The notes beneath the pieces are model-generated. The model searched no databases and was not told where the DNA came from. It was given only the letters and a program-made list of their open reading frames with translations. The position numbers and the translations under genes are program-made. This document shows positions 37,834-47,337 of a stretch of DNA of 64,000 nucleotides, piece after piece. Source of the stretch: a virus; IMG/VR virus record IMGVR_UViG_3300031972_001405, positions 1 to 64,000 of that record, one strand, 5' to 3'. How positions within the stretch are numbered: the stretch's first letter is position 1; the number at the start of each line of letters is the position of its first letter.

Positions 37834-39519
37834 TCAAATAATTCCACCGTCTGGGGATTCAGTTGACTTGCCCTGTTTTTCTAAATCTGGTTCAGTAACT
37901 GGTGCTCCAAGATCCATACCTGCAGCTGGTGCAGATTCTGATGGCTGTCCTGGTTCTGCACCCCCTAGACCATCAACTGCCATATCCATTTCATAAGGAT
38001 CAGCAATCACACCTTGCTTAATTTCCTTCTGGATGATATCATCTTGTTCGATCATTTCATCATCACTCTGACGCAAGATCTTACGGCGAACATAATCTTG
38101 TGAGAAGTATCTTCCAACATAAGGTTCTGCAACCTGAATGAGGTTGAGTCTTTCTTGCATAAGTTCTGCTTCTTTGAGTTCTGAGAAATGATTGTCGTAG
38201 ATAAAGTCAAACTGAATATGCTCAGACATTGACTCCCAGTCTTCAACTGTGACAATGTTCTTGAGAAGTAATTGTGTTCTCAGCATATCTAAGAACATAT
38301 TACTAAAGCGTTTGCGGAGTCTACCTACAAACTTACTAAACTTAAGTTCATCTCTCAGAATTTCTGAAGATCTGCCAAGATTAAATCCACCATCACCCTC
38401 TAGTCTAGAGACAGGGACGTTCAGTGCTCTATAAAGTTTCTTCTTAAAGTATTCAATATCTGTAATTTCTCCAAGGTTTTGTCCACCAGGGAGAGTTGTG
38501 ATCTCTGTTCCTCTACCACCTTCGCGACGAGGCAACCAGAAATCCTCAAGCATACTCATATGCTTTTTCTCATCTCGCATCTCACCTGTGTTAGCATCAT
38601 ATACTAATTTGTTACGATAGCGACCCATAACATCACGCAGATATTGTTCTGCTTTTTGCTTTGGCAAATTGCCAACATCAATATAGAAAATTCTACGTTC
38701 TGGAGCGCGAGAAATACGATAGATTACCAAGGAGTCTTCAATCATCCGAAGTTGATTGAGTGCCTTGATTGCCTTATGCAAATATGATAGTGTCGTTCCT
38801 CTATTACGGTCAACTAAACCAGACGTACAATATGAAATAGAATCTTTTGTAAATTTGATTCCTTTACCCTGACCTTGAGCACCATGTGGGATTCCAGGTT
38901 GCTTACTCAATTTGGGGGTGTATACAAAATACTCTTCGATTGGTGGGAAAGCAGAACCAACCTCTTCGTTCTGTTGTAGATTTGCTCTCAGTCTATCTTC
39001 TTTAGGTTGAATAGCATGTCTCACAAAACGCATTTTCATTGCGTCAATATACCGAAGTTCTTTAATACCTTCTTCTGGCTTCTTTACATCGATTACTTTG
39101 TGATAATATAGTCTACCATCCACATACCAATTACGATAAATCTCATGAGATTTTTTATCAAAATCCATAAGGTCTTTAATAACTTTAAATTCTTCTCTTA
39201 TTTTTTTCTTAATTCCTTCACTAGCATTGAGGTTTGATAGTTCAATTTCTACTGGACTATCGTTAGTATCTGTGACAATTGCTTCCTGGATAATATCTTC
39301 AATCGCACTATCGCACTCTGGGTGCAATGACATCTCACGATATCGTTTGATTAAATCAAACTCAGTTTTGAATACACCTTCTAAGTCAACATATGACCCA
39401 AAAAACCCACTAGTCAGATAGTTGTCATTCCCGTCCTCTTGTGAAGGAGGAACGGGAGACACTACTGTCTTAGCAGGTTCTTCGTTTGGTTGAATTGAAA
39501 AGCCAAATAATTTAGCCAT
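37834..39519 (-). CDS. gp20: Portal vertex protein (gp20)
   Basis: RAPERRIFYIDVGNLP, EDFWLPRREGGRGTEITTLPGG. Confidence 0.98.
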   Translation of the reverse strand: MAKLFGFSIQPNEEPAKTVVSPVPPSQEDGNDNYLTSGFFGSYVDLEGVFKTEFDLIKRYREMSLHPECDSAIEDIIQEAIVTDTNDSPVEIELSNLNASEGIKKKIREEFKVIKDLMDFDKKSHEIYRNWYVDGRLYYHKVIDVKKPEEGIKELRYIDAMKMRFVRHAIQPKEDRLRANLQQNEEVGSAFPPIEEYFVYTPKLSKQPGIPHGAQGQGKGIKFTKDSISYCTSGLVDRNRGTTLSYLHKAIKALNQLRMIEDSLVIYRISRAPERRIFYIDVGNLPKQKAEQYLRDVMGRYRNKLVYDANTGEMRDEKKHMSMLEDFWLPRREGGRGTEITTLPGGQNLGEITDIEYFKKKLYRALNVPVSRLEGDGGFNLGRSSEILRDELKFSKFVGRLRKRFSNMFLDMLRTQLLLKNIVTVEDWESMSEHIQFDFIYDNHFSELKEAELMQERLNLIQVAEPYVGRYFSQDYVRRKILRQSDDEMIEQDDIIQKEIKQGVIADPYEMDMAVDGLGGAEPGQPSESAPAAGMDLGAPVTEPDLEKQGKSTESPDGGII

Positions 39520-39561
39520 TATGATATAGTGGACTTACCAAATCTATTTATTCAACCAGAA

Positions 39562-40194
39562 TTATGAGAGTGATCCAGGACCAGCACCGATCTCAAACCA
39601 CTGAACTTGAAGTTCTACTGTGAAATCTTCAAGAGTATCAGTAGTTTCATATGATAGATCGATAGCAGAGATGTTCGTTGGGAAAACATCGTAGAAACGA
39701 TATGATCTCAGAACATTACTCTTAGTGCCCGTGCCTACTTTGCCAGATCCAGCATCTGGGACCGAATTAATGGTCTCTTTGCCTTTACCGCCTCTACCGA
39801 GTTGGTAGACATATGCATCTCTCATATATGAAGTCGGGTTAGTAGCACCCGTATAGTTAGAGAGTTTTGCGATACCGTTCATCCACATTTCCATGGCATG
39901 ACGAATTTTAAAGTCTTCGTCATTGATAACGGTAATAGTCCATGTCTCAAAGGTTCTGTCACCAGCGACCTTCAGGATTCGACCCCTGAAGGGAACGTCA
40001 ACTGGAGCGACGTTCGATGCTGGAAGTTGCGCTGCTTTGCAAAGGAAAGTGAGATCCTTGAGGGTCTCTTGATCCTTTGTTACGAAAGCAGGGAACTCAG
40101 GAATCTGTACTTCAAACAGATTAGGTCTCGCACCACCACCTTTAAGTACGGACTTAAAGTTGGAAATAGTCTTAATTGTTGGTGATTCAGCCAT
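39562..40194 (-). CDS. gp19: Tail tube protein (gp19)
   Basis: GGARPNLFEV, VPFRGR..AGDRTF..WTITV.NDEDF. Confidence 0.95.
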   Translation of the reverse strand: MAESPTIKTISNFKSVLKGGGARPNLFEVQIPEFPAFVTKDQETLKDLTFLCKAAQLPASNVAPVDVPFRGRILKVAGDRTFETWTITVINDEDFKIRHAMEMWMNGIAKLSNYTGATNPTSYMRDAYVYQLGRGGKGKETINSVPDAGSGKVGTGTKSNVLRSYRFYDVFPTNISAIDLSYETTDTLEDFTVELQVQWFEIGAGPGSLS

Positions 40195-40229
40195 TGCTCT
40201 TTAATCTCCTGTAGTTATTTACTAGTGGT

Positions 40230-42521
40230 TCAAACTCTGCCAGCGACTTCTTGGAAGTCAACTCCAGTTCTAGTAGCAACAAACGTCAGTGTAACGTAGT
40301 TGATAGACTTGGTGGGCTTCAGGAAGATGTCGGCGCGGAATTCATTATTGTCAATAATATCGGGGGTGTTGTTAGTCTCATCACAGATGACAAGATAATC
40401 ATAAACACCTCGTTTCGCTTGAACGTCACGGAGGTAAGGTTCAACAATGTTGATGAAGTTTGCTCTAGTCAGTTCATCATTCAGTTCAAACAGTTGAGCT
40501 TCGGCAGCACCTTGAAGTGCTTGTTCAACAGTCAGGAACAAACGACGGACGTTGATTCTGTCAAACGCAGAAGCATATCCGAGAGCAGTCTTATCACCAA
40601 AGAGCAGAACACCAAGACCAGGAGTGGAGACTACAGGGTTAATTCTGGCTTCATAGAGTTGATCTCTTTCTGCTTGGTTCGGGTTGTATGCCAGTTTAAC
40701 GGCATTGTTCAGAATTCCTCTTTGCTGACCAGCAGGTGAATACCATGGGAAAGCATTAAGAGCAGTTCTTACACATAGACCAGCGATATCTCCATTGGTT
40801 GGAATATATCTAAACTGATTGTTAAATCTATCAAAAGTATACTTATATCCAGAATCAAAGATCGCATATGATGTGGATGGAATTCCATTGAAGTGCTTCA
40901 ACAGAGAATCAGTCTGCGTATCACTATCGGTTTTTCCAACCAAATCGGATCTATGTGGTCCAATTACAGCAATACAATCCTTTCTTTCATTAGCAACAGA
41001 GATTAGTCTACCAGCTTTTGCTTGAGACTCTTCATTTGTGGCACATCCAGGACCCATGATCAAGAAATCAACTGCTACATCCTTAGGTCTAAACAGATTA
41101 TATGAAGTAATCAAGTCTCCGAGACTTGCCTTCATTCCACCGTTATCATCATAATCTTGACCACCCTTAAGGGTAAATCCTTGGTTTCCAATTGAAGAGA
41201 ACGTAATTCCCTGTGCATCTAGACCCCAAAGACCGAGGTTCTGCGTAACCACGCTAGTAGTGATAGAAACATTACTAACATAGTTTGTTGTAAATCCAGT
41301 TGCGGTAGGAGCCCAGTTATACTCCTCATTGTTTTCACACAATTCGGATGGGTTACGACCAGCAAAGATGTACTCAGAGAAGTCTGCAAGATAATCTTTG
41401 TAGTAAATTCTTGTAGGTGCGTTAGCAGAACTTACAGCGTCCGCTGCCTTAGACAGTGACGGGTGAACTTCCAGGATATTTGCCTGGATACCAGTGATAG
41501 TACCGCTATCATCAACAACAGCAACGTGAATGCCATCGTTCTTTCCTTGTCTATCAAGGACATATGCGTTAGAAACTGGCTTCGATGCAATAGATTTCCA
41601 GAAGATTGTTCCGTTGTCTAGTGGAAGTTTCTGTTGATCATACCAGTCAACGGCTGTGGTAGCAGCAAGACCTGTTGCACTAACAAGAGCTCCAGCGTTA
41701 TCTCTGAAGTAAAGTCTGTTAGTGTTACCAACACCAGCAAAACCAGCAGTATTTGCTTGGAAAGCGTTAGTGCTGCTCTTCTTCTGATAATAGATCTTAG
41801 TTTCTGTCTCACCAGTTCCAACCGTCTCTACACGAGAAACGATCTTAACATCAATACTATTACCACCCATCGTGCCAGCAGCACCAGCGGTATTAATACC
41901 AGTGATGATTCCTTTCAGATAACCATTGAACACTGAAGTCGCATTCGTGGTGAAACCAGATTGTGCAGGCAGTGTTACAGATTCTAGAGCAACGGTGACG
42001 CCATATCCGACATTAAGACCAAAACCTGCAGGACCGAATGTTCCCATTCCAGCCACACCCAAGGTCTGGTCTGCAAGGTCGTCAATCATGCAAACTTTAA
42101 GTGTGTTTGCCCATTGACCTGGGTTTTGAGCAGCAAAATACCAACCACTATCGGTTTGGTAATTTAACTTATAATCATCATAGTTCTTAAGGTAAAGCGA
42201 AGTATCGCTAGATACGCCTGCTGAACCTGCGTTTGCGTTGTTTAGTGTTCCCCCTCCAGTACGAACGACCTTGATAATACCACCGTATGTAAGATACGAT
42301 GCTGCGGTCATCCAATATTCGTACTGTGCGTCCGTGGAAAGTGGTTTACCGAATTTCTTGATGAGTTCCTGTTCCGTCTCAACTTGAATCGGATCGTCGA
42401 TGGGGCCTTGAGAAAAGGGTCCAGCGATTGCTCCGATATTGTCAAGTACGTTTTCGGCTCTACCTACGGTAAGGTCAACTTCCCTGGTTAATACGCCAGG
42501 AGACAAAAGCTGTACTGCCAT
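40230..42521 (-). CDS. gp18: Tail sheath protein (gp18)
   Basis: SPGVLTREVD, PWYSPAG, FGDKT, FDRINVRRLF. Confidence 0.97.
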   Translation of the reverse strand: MAVQLLSPGVLTREVDLTVGRAENVLDNIGAIAGPFSQGPIDDPIQVETEQELIKKFGKPLSTDAQYEYWMTAASYLTYGGIIKVVRTGGGTLNNANAGSAGVSSDTSLYLKNYDDYKLNYQTDSGWYFAAQNPGQWANTLKVCMIDDLADQTLGVAGMGTFGPAGFGLNVGYGVTVALESVTLPAQSGFTTNATSVFNGYLKGIITGINTAGAAGTMGGNSIDVKIVSRVETVGTGETETKIYYQKKSSTNAFQANTAGFAGVGNTNRLYFRDNAGALVSATGLAATTAVDWYDQQKLPLDNGTIFWKSIASKPVSNAYVLDRQGKNDGIHVAVVDDSGTITGIQANILEVHPSLSKAADAVSSANAPTRIYYKDYLADFSEYIFAGRNPSELCENNEEYNWAPTATGFTTNYVSNVSITTSVVTQNLGLWGLDAQGITFSSIGNQGFTLKGGQDYDDNGGMKASLGDLITSYNLFRPKDVAVDFLIMGPGCATNEESQAKAGRLISVANERKDCIAVIGPHRSDLVGKTDSDTQTDSLLKHFNGIPSTSYAIFDSGYKYTFDRFNNQFRYIPTNGDIAGLCVRTALNAFPWYSPAGQQRGILNNAVKLAYNPNQAERDQLYEARINPVVSTPGLGVLLFGDKTALGYASAFDRINVRRLFLTVEQALQGAAEAQLFELNDELTRANFINIVEPYLRDVQAKRGVYDYLVICDETNNTPDIIDNNEFRADIFLKPTKSINYVTLTFVATRTGVDFQEVAGRV

Positions 42522-42602
42522 TAGTTTCTCCTACTAATATCATTTGTCTTCAAATATTTATTATTCGGAACTATTTCAACTGAGGAAACAATGCATGAAC
42601 AA

Positions 42603-42833
42603 CTACCAATCAGGATATAGTTCTCCTTCTAATCTCTTCGTCTTTTCTCTTCTAGATCTAGATATCCTTTTCTTGGAACAGTCCTTACATTCATATGAAT
42701 ATGATGATGGTTGATACTTATTCTTTCGAGTTCTGTAGAAACCATCAATAAGATTTTTTGTTTTACCACACACCCTACACTTTCTATCGGTAAGATAGAG
42801 ATGTTCTATCTGAAATTGTTCTTCAACATTCAT
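42603..42833 (-). CDS. Small zinc-ribbon protein
   Basis: RKCRVCGKTK..FY...YECKDC; coupled to the gp17 stop. Confidence 0.7.
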   Translation of the reverse strand: MNVEEQFQIEHLYLTDRKCRVCGKTKNLIDGFYRTRKNKYQPSSYSYECKDCSKKRISRSRREKTKRLEGELYPDW

Positions 42834-44488
42834 TATTGATATTCCCACATGTGAGACATATCACCATATTCACCAACTGATGCATTAGACCAACGATCAC
42901 CCTGAGCATCGACAAAGCTAGTATCTTCTAGACCATCAGACATGAATCCAAATGGTGCCATATCCTGTTCAATCTGATTCTTCTGCTCGTCATATAATCT
43001 CTTTCTAATATCTTGATCCGTCAGTTCTTTGAAGTAGTCTTTTAAAACTAACCAGGCATAGATCACAAGACACATTGCCAGGTCATCATTACACCCCTCT
43101 TCTGCTTCAAAGGAATTGTGTTTTTGGATGAACGTTGTCAACTCTGAGATGATATCATAGTCATTGAAGATTAACTTATCTTCTTCAATCAAAGTCTTTA
43201 GATTCAAGCATCCTTCTTTCTTTACGGTCTTGGACATCTTGACACCCAGTTGTGTCTTCTTGCCAGAAAATCCCTGACCAACAATTTGTCCTGCTCTACC
43301 TCTCATAGAGCACATTAAAATATTTTGATATTCGAGATCATACTGTAGGATTGATGCTACTTGATCTCCAATATCATTCACCTCACATAAAATATATGCG
43401 TTGTTATATCCTCTTACAGTATCGTAAATGATACTTGGGAATAGCATTGGTTTAATTTCATTATTTCTATATCTTGCTACAACTACATGTGGATATTGTG
43501 TGATGTCTATAACAATAAATGCAGAATAGTCGCACCCAACTCCTCTAGCTACGTCTACTGTACACACATAATCATGATCTGGTTTAGGATCTTCATAAAC
43601 GTATAGTCCTGCATTCTGTTTGATTGGGTCAGTATAGACCATTGTCCTAATCTTACTAGGAGATATCAGTGTATCAACTGATCCTAGGAATTCACATTCA
43701 AACTCAACCTTAAATTGTTGTTCTGAAGTGTTAGCAATAGTTTGCCTCTTCCACTCAGAATCTCTACCAGGAACTTCAGACCAGTGAACCTCGGTTGCAA
43801 CATAATCATTTTTCTGTCTCTCTGCATCATGCCAATATCTGTAGAAATGGTTCATGCCGTGAGGCGTTGAAACCATAATTACTTTTGTGCTTTTACCAGA
43901 AGAAATAGTAGGATAAACAGATGCAAAGAATTGGTCTGCAATATGGTTTGGAATAAACGCAAATTCGTCGAGGAAGATGACATTATATGAACCGCCTCGG
44001 ACAGCAGATGCAGATGTAGAAGCTGCCAGTATCTTACTGCCATTCTCCAACTCCATGGAACCTTTATTGTAAACCACAATACCTTGCTGCATCCATTGTG
44101 GTAACTTTTCATATGCAAATTGCAATCTTCCAAGAAGATCTCTAGCAGTTGATGCTTTGTTTGCTAGAATTGCAATGTTTACATTGGCATTAAAGATGGC
44201 ATAATGTAGTAGATATGATACACACGTTGTAGACTTTCCAGTCTGACGTGGCATCTTGCAAATATTGAAACGGTGTTCGTGGAAGTTCCTCACCAATTTT
44301 TCCTGAAAAGGATACATCGAAAAAGGAACCTCACCCTCATCTAGTGAGACGATCTTAATATAATTCTTTGCAAAATATACTGGATCGGATTTACATTTCA
44401 AAAACTCTTGAATTTGATCACCAGTAAATTCAACCTGAACGTTTGCACGTTTTAGATTGGGATTACCGAGATATACTGCATCAGACAT
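42833..44488 (-). CDS. gp17: Terminase large subunit (gp17)
   Basis: YLGNPNLK, PRQTGKST, LDEFAF, STPHG, DVARG, NDDLAM. Confidence 0.97.
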   Translation of the reverse strand: MSDAVYLGNPNLKRANVQVEFTGDQIQEFLKCKSDPVYFAKNYIKIVSLDEGEVPFSMYPFQEKLVRNFHEHRFNICKMPRQTGKSTTCVSYLLHYAIFNANVNIAILANKASTARDLLGRLQFAYEKLPQWMQQGIVVYNKGSMELENGSKILAASTSASAVRGGSYNVIFLDEFAFIPNHIADQFFASVYPTISSGKSTKVIMVSTPHGMNHFYRYWHDAERQKNDYVATEVHWSEVPGRDSEWKRQTIANTSEQQFKVEFECEFLGSVDTLISPSKIRTMVYTDPIKQNAGLYVYEDPKPDHDYVCTVDVARGVGCDYSAFIVIDITQYPHVVVARYRNNEIKPMLFPSIIYDTVRGYNNAYILCEVNDIGDQVASILQYDLEYQNILMCSMRGRAGQIVGQGFSGKKTQLGVKMSKTVKKEGCLNLKTLIEEDKLIFNDYDIISELTTFIQKHNSFEAEEGCNDDLAMCLVIYAWLVLKDYFKELTDQDIRKRLYDEQKNQIEQDMAPFGFMSDGLEDTSFVDAQGDRWSNASVGEYGDMSHMWEYQ

Positions 44489-44610
44489 TAGTCTTCCTTA
44501 AAGAAATTTGCAACTGCACTTAGCGCAGAATGGAAAGCAACATATAGAAAAAATTGGTCGGAAGATTCCTTCCTCATTTTTTTCTTATAAGTCATGGGAG
44601 TGCGAGCCAT
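44488..44610 (-). CDS. Small hypothetical protein (40 aa, not in ORF track)
   Basis: MARTPMTYKKKMRKESSDQFFLYVAFHSALSAVANFFKED; GGAG RBS; stop overlaps the gp17 ATG. Confidence 0.55.
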   Translation of the reverse strand: MARTPMTYKKKMRKESSDQFFLYVAFHSALSAVANFFKED

Positions 44611-44666
44611 AATAATCTCCAAAATTTCAACTATTTAACAATTCTCATAGAATTCTCATAGAATTC

Positions 44667-44945
44667 TTAGAAAGGAGCGATTCCCCCCGTCATTCCACCA
44701 GCAGGACTAGCAGGAGCAGGAATGATACCACCAGTGGCACCAGGCATTTCTGGAATCTCTGGCATAAGTCCATCTAGCATACCAGGAAGAGCACCTGCAA
44801 CTGCTTCTGTTGCTGCCTTAGTTGCTGCTTCTTTTGCTTGTTCGATAAGTGAATCTTTATTCACATAGACATAGGTTCCAGCACCTACGATAGTTGCAGT
44901 TCCTAGAAAGGATAGAACTGCCAGGACATTAATTAGTTTTTGCAT
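44667..44945 (-). CDS. Small membrane-anchored protein
   Basis: MQKLINVLAVLSF.. TM segment, then Pro/Gly tail. Confidence 0.65.
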   Translation of the reverse strand: MQKLINVLAVLSFLGTATIVGAGTYVYVNKDSLIEQAKEAATKAATEAVAGALPGMLDGLMPEIPEMPGATGGIIPAPASPAGGMTGGIAPF

Positions 44946-44946
44946 C

Positions 44947-45036
44947 TTAACCTTTACCTTTTTTTATAGGCCATGTTATATGTAGTCCATAACAAAGTAG
45001 AGTTATAAATCCAAATACAAAAATTCCACTTAACAT
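44947..45036 (-). CDS. Micro membrane protein (29 aa)
   Basis: MLSGIFVFGFITLLCYGLHITWPIKKGKG; manual translation. Confidence 0.45.
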   Translation of the reverse strand: MLSGIFVFGFITLLCYGLHITWPIKKGKG

Positions 45037-45203
45037 GGTCCAGAATCGCGACTAGGTATTAGTTGGTATGCCATTTTATCTCTCAACTTATTGACACGAT
45101 CTTCATTGTATTGTTTGAAGTTTCCACGTTTCTCTACTTTTTTATAGTAGTGTAATGCATTGAGGATGATCGCATAATCATCCATATCTAATTCAAAATT
45201 CAT
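45030..45203 (-). CDS. Small hypothetical protein (57 aa)
   Basis: MNFELDMDDYAIILNALHYYKKVEKRG...; ATGA overlap with the nuclease stop. Confidence 0.55.
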   Translation of the reverse strand: MNFELDMDDYAIILNALHYYKKVEKRGNFKQYNEDRVNKLRDKMAYQLIPSRDSGPC

Positions 45204-45661
45204 TCTACTAGTGTTCCATGTGCTCTACGAATTTCACGAAGTGCTTCAAGGTTCATGTCCTTTGTGCCACCATCATATGCGTGAGCATATCCTTCAGTAA
45301 TCATTTGTTCGTTGAGGGACACTGACTCGTCCCCAATGTATAACCAACCAAGAAGACGCCCATATTTCCCAGTGCCACCAACAAGTTCAGTCCTAACAGA
45401 CAACTCATCATCACCAGCCAAAGTGCCTTCGAGTTTCTCTTTGAGCCAGTTGGTTGCGTCGATTCCAAGTGCCTTCTCCTCTAAGTTTCTGGTCCTCTTC
45501 TCTGGCGTATCAACGCCTGCAACTCTAACTCTTTCTTTCTTGTATAAATCAAACCCGAGGTCAATAGTGACATCGATAGTATCGCCATCAAGAACACGAT
45601 TGATCTCCGTTACTCGGAAGTTGTAGCAGCTCTTCCTGCTTGGTGGTGTCAGTCCTGCCAT
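45200..45661 (-). CDS. SNase/thermonuclease-like endonuclease
   Basis: RVLDGDTID, RVRVAGVDTPE, GKYGRLLG, LNEQMITEGYA. Confidence 0.88.
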   Translation of the reverse strand: MAGLTPPSRKSCYNFRVTEINRVLDGDTIDVTIDLGFDLYKKERVRVAGVDTPEKRTRNLEEKALGIDATNWLKEKLEGTLAGDDELSVRTELVGGTGKYGRLLGWLYIGDESVSLNEQMITEGYAHAYDGGTKDMNLEALREIRRAHGTLVE

Positions 45662-45797
45662 CTTCTAATTCTGCGAATGCCATTCTTAGTATGTATATGA
45701 CTACAAACAAAGCACCTGCAACTGCAAGTATCACACATATAATCACTGACCATACAGGATCATCTAGATTTGTACTGGGACGTAATATAAGATTCAT
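45588..45797 (-). CDS. Small membrane protein
   Basis: DPVWSVIICVILAVAGALFVVIYIL TM helix. Confidence 0.55.
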   Translation of the reverse strand: MNLILRPSTNLDDPVWSVIICVILAVAGALFVVIYILRMAFAELEDGRTDTTKQEELLQLPSNGDQSCS

Positions 45798-45991
45798 AAT
45801 TTATTAAATCGATAGTCTAAAATTATTCTGTATAAAGAATCTCTTAGATGCCAAAGATGCTCTTGCTCCTCGTATGGACGTGCTGGTGCTCCAGGCCAAA
45901 ATTTTATAGTCTCTTGAACTGAATGATGCAATAGTCTAATGTCTTCTATTCTCAGACTAATCTCATAATCTGGAAGATTTGGGTCGTTCAT
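45794..45991 (-). CDS. Small hypothetical protein
   Basis: IEDIRLLHHSV..WPGAPARPYEEQEHLWHLRDSL. Confidence 0.6.
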   Translation of the reverse strand: MNDPNLPDYEISLRIEDIRLLHHSVQETIKFWPGAPARPYEEQEHLWHLRDSLYRIILDYRFNKL

Positions 45992-46167
45992 GGGTTGTTT
46001 GGATTTAAACCTAATCTGATTAGATACTCTTGCCACCAATCTTGATCTTTCACATATCTCCAATTGGGAACTTCTTGCCCACGCTCTATAACATAATATT
46101 CATAAAGAGCATCATCTATAGTCTGTGCGATCTGTAAATTCTTCTTCCTCCTCGTCAACATCTTCAT
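45988..46167 (-). CDS. Small hypothetical protein (start uncertain)
   Basis: IAQTIDDALYEYY..VPNWRYVKDQDWW; overlaps the upstream ORF. Confidence 0.5.
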   Translation of the reverse strand: MKMLTRRKKNLQIAQTIDDALYEYYVIERGQEVPNWRYVKDQDWWQEYLIRLGLNPNNP

Positions 46168-46321
46168 ACGGATTGTCCACGTATGGTCCTCGTTTTCGTA
46201 GAGGTTCTTTTCCGACATAAGAGTTTTCTGTATTAACTGCAGATACCCACACCACAAGTTTCATTACTATGAAAATAATAACCAGTGGTGTAAAGCAACC
46301 GATTAAAATTACAGGATTCAT
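46112..46321 (-). CDS. Small membrane protein with acidic tail
   Basis: N-terminal TM helix; DVDEEEEEF tail. Confidence 0.55.
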   Translation of the reverse strand: MNPVILIGCFTPLVIIFIVMKLVVWVSAVNTENSYVGKEPLRKRGPYVDNPYEDVDEEEEEFTDRTDYR

Positions 46322-46323
46322 TC

Positions 46324-46479
46324 CTATTTCCCCTCAAACGGTTCCCAGTGCTCCCAACCATATTTATGAACTGCCCACATACCAAGAATGGGGACGAAGA
46401 CTAGGCACCATGCCAAGACTCCAACTCCCCAAGGGTTGTTTAATACTGTTCCGCAAAATCTAGCAAATTGTAACATCAT
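46324..46479 (-). CDS. Small membrane protein
   Basis: LAWCLVFVPILGMWAVHKYGWEHWEPF. Confidence 0.55.
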   Translation of the reverse strand: MMLQFARFCGTVLNNPWGVGVLAWCLVFVPILGMWAVHKYGWEHWEPFEGK

Positions 46480-46571
46480 TCTTGAAAAACCGATAGGATG
46501 AATAGAAATAATCCAAGGAAGCAAACCAATCCTATTAAAACAAATGGAATATAATCAGGTAGGGTATGCAT
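46476..46571 (-). CDS. Micro membrane protein (31 aa)
   Basis: MHTLPDYIPFVLIGLVCFLGLFLFILSVFQE; manual translation. Confidence 0.4.
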   Translation of the reverse strand: MHTLPDYIPFVLIGLVCFLGLFLFILSVFQE

Positions 46572-46647
46572 GACTCAACCCCCAGACAACAAAAATCGCA
46601 ATTGAAGATAATATAATTGTTGCTGAAAGACTAGTTTCTGGTTTCAT
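46555..46647 (-). CDS. Micro membrane protein (30 aa)
   Basis: MKPETSLSATIILSSIAIFVVWGLSHAYPT; manual translation. Confidence 0.45.
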   Translation of the reverse strand: MKPETSLSATIILSSIAIFVVWGLSHAYPT

Positions 46648-46649
46648 TT

Positions 46650-46805
46650 TTATAGATTTGGCCAGGGATCCGAATTGTGGAGACATGACCTAGGATGTGT
46701 CCACTCTCTATTTAATTCTTGTAGTTCCATTTTTAACTTTAAATTTTCGAGTTTCAACATAATGTTTTCTTTCTCTAACTTTTTAAGTTTCTTCCTGAAA
46801 TTCAT
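46650..46805 (-). CDS. Small coiled-coil protein (51 aa)
   Basis: MNFRKKLKKLEKENIMLKLENLKLKMEL..WTHPRSCLHNSDPW; manual translation. Confidence 0.5.
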   Translation of the reverse strand: MNFRKKLKKLEKENIMLKLENLKLKMELQELNREWTHPRSCLHNSDPWPNL

Positions 46806-47094
46806 TTCTTGTTTTCCATAGTTCTAAAAAGTACCTATCAACCAGGTACAAATCACCAACTGGTGGTTGATCTTCAATCTGAGACCACTCTCTACATACA
46901 TCTCTCATTTCTAAAGAGATGTGATCTGGACGAAACATTCTACCAAAAGAAGACATGGCAAACGCAAATCGCATTCTAATGCGCTGTTCCATTTCCTCTG
47001 TAGGCGTCGGTTTCATAATAGTTATTTTCACCTCTTCTGTGCCCGAAATATGCGGTGGCACATATAAAGGGTAGTGATCCGTAAAGTAGGACAT
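46783..47094 (-). CDS. Hypothetical protein
   Basis: RIRMRFAFAMSSFGRMF..CREWS..DLYLVDRYFLELWK; start may be 47016. Confidence 0.6.
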   Translation of the reverse strand: MSYFTDHYPLYVPPHISGTEEVKITIMKPTPTEEMEQRIRMRFAFAMSSFGRMFRPDHISLEMRDVCREWSQIEDQPPVGDLYLVDRYFLELWKTRNEFQEET

Positions 47095-47103
47095 GTGCTA
47101 AAG

Positions 47104-47337
47104 TCATACGCCTGGTTTAGGTTGTGGAAATATATTAGCAGGTCCCGTAGGTTCTGCAAGTTTTATTTCGATAACGCGACAAAGACGATTAACTTGCTTC
47201 TTGTCACATCCACATGGAGCATTTTGTAAGCACCTGAGCATTAGTAAGTCATCACTAATAGGAGGTTTGATTGTAAACCCCCATTTGTCAACCTTACCTT
47301 CTGTAGGTGCTTCGACGTAATCAAATTCACTTGTCAT
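47104..47337 (-). CDS. Hypothetical protein
   Basis: DKWGFTIKP..CLQNAPCGCDKKQ. Confidence 0.6.
   Translation of the reverse strand: MTSEFDYVEAPTEGKVDKWGFTIKPPISDDLLMLRCLQNAPCGCDKKQVNRLCRVIEIKLAEPTGPANIFPQPKPGV

Noticed and set aside
730-44488. Introns or inteins in gp61, gp41, uvsX, gp43, gp46, gp20, gp17
   Set aside because: All are continuous and of ordinary length, with no intein terminal motifs or LAGLIDADG inserts seen.
44640-44670. AATTCTCATAG tandem duplication
   Set aside because: Two and a half copies of an 11-mer in a short intergenic gap; no supportable function.
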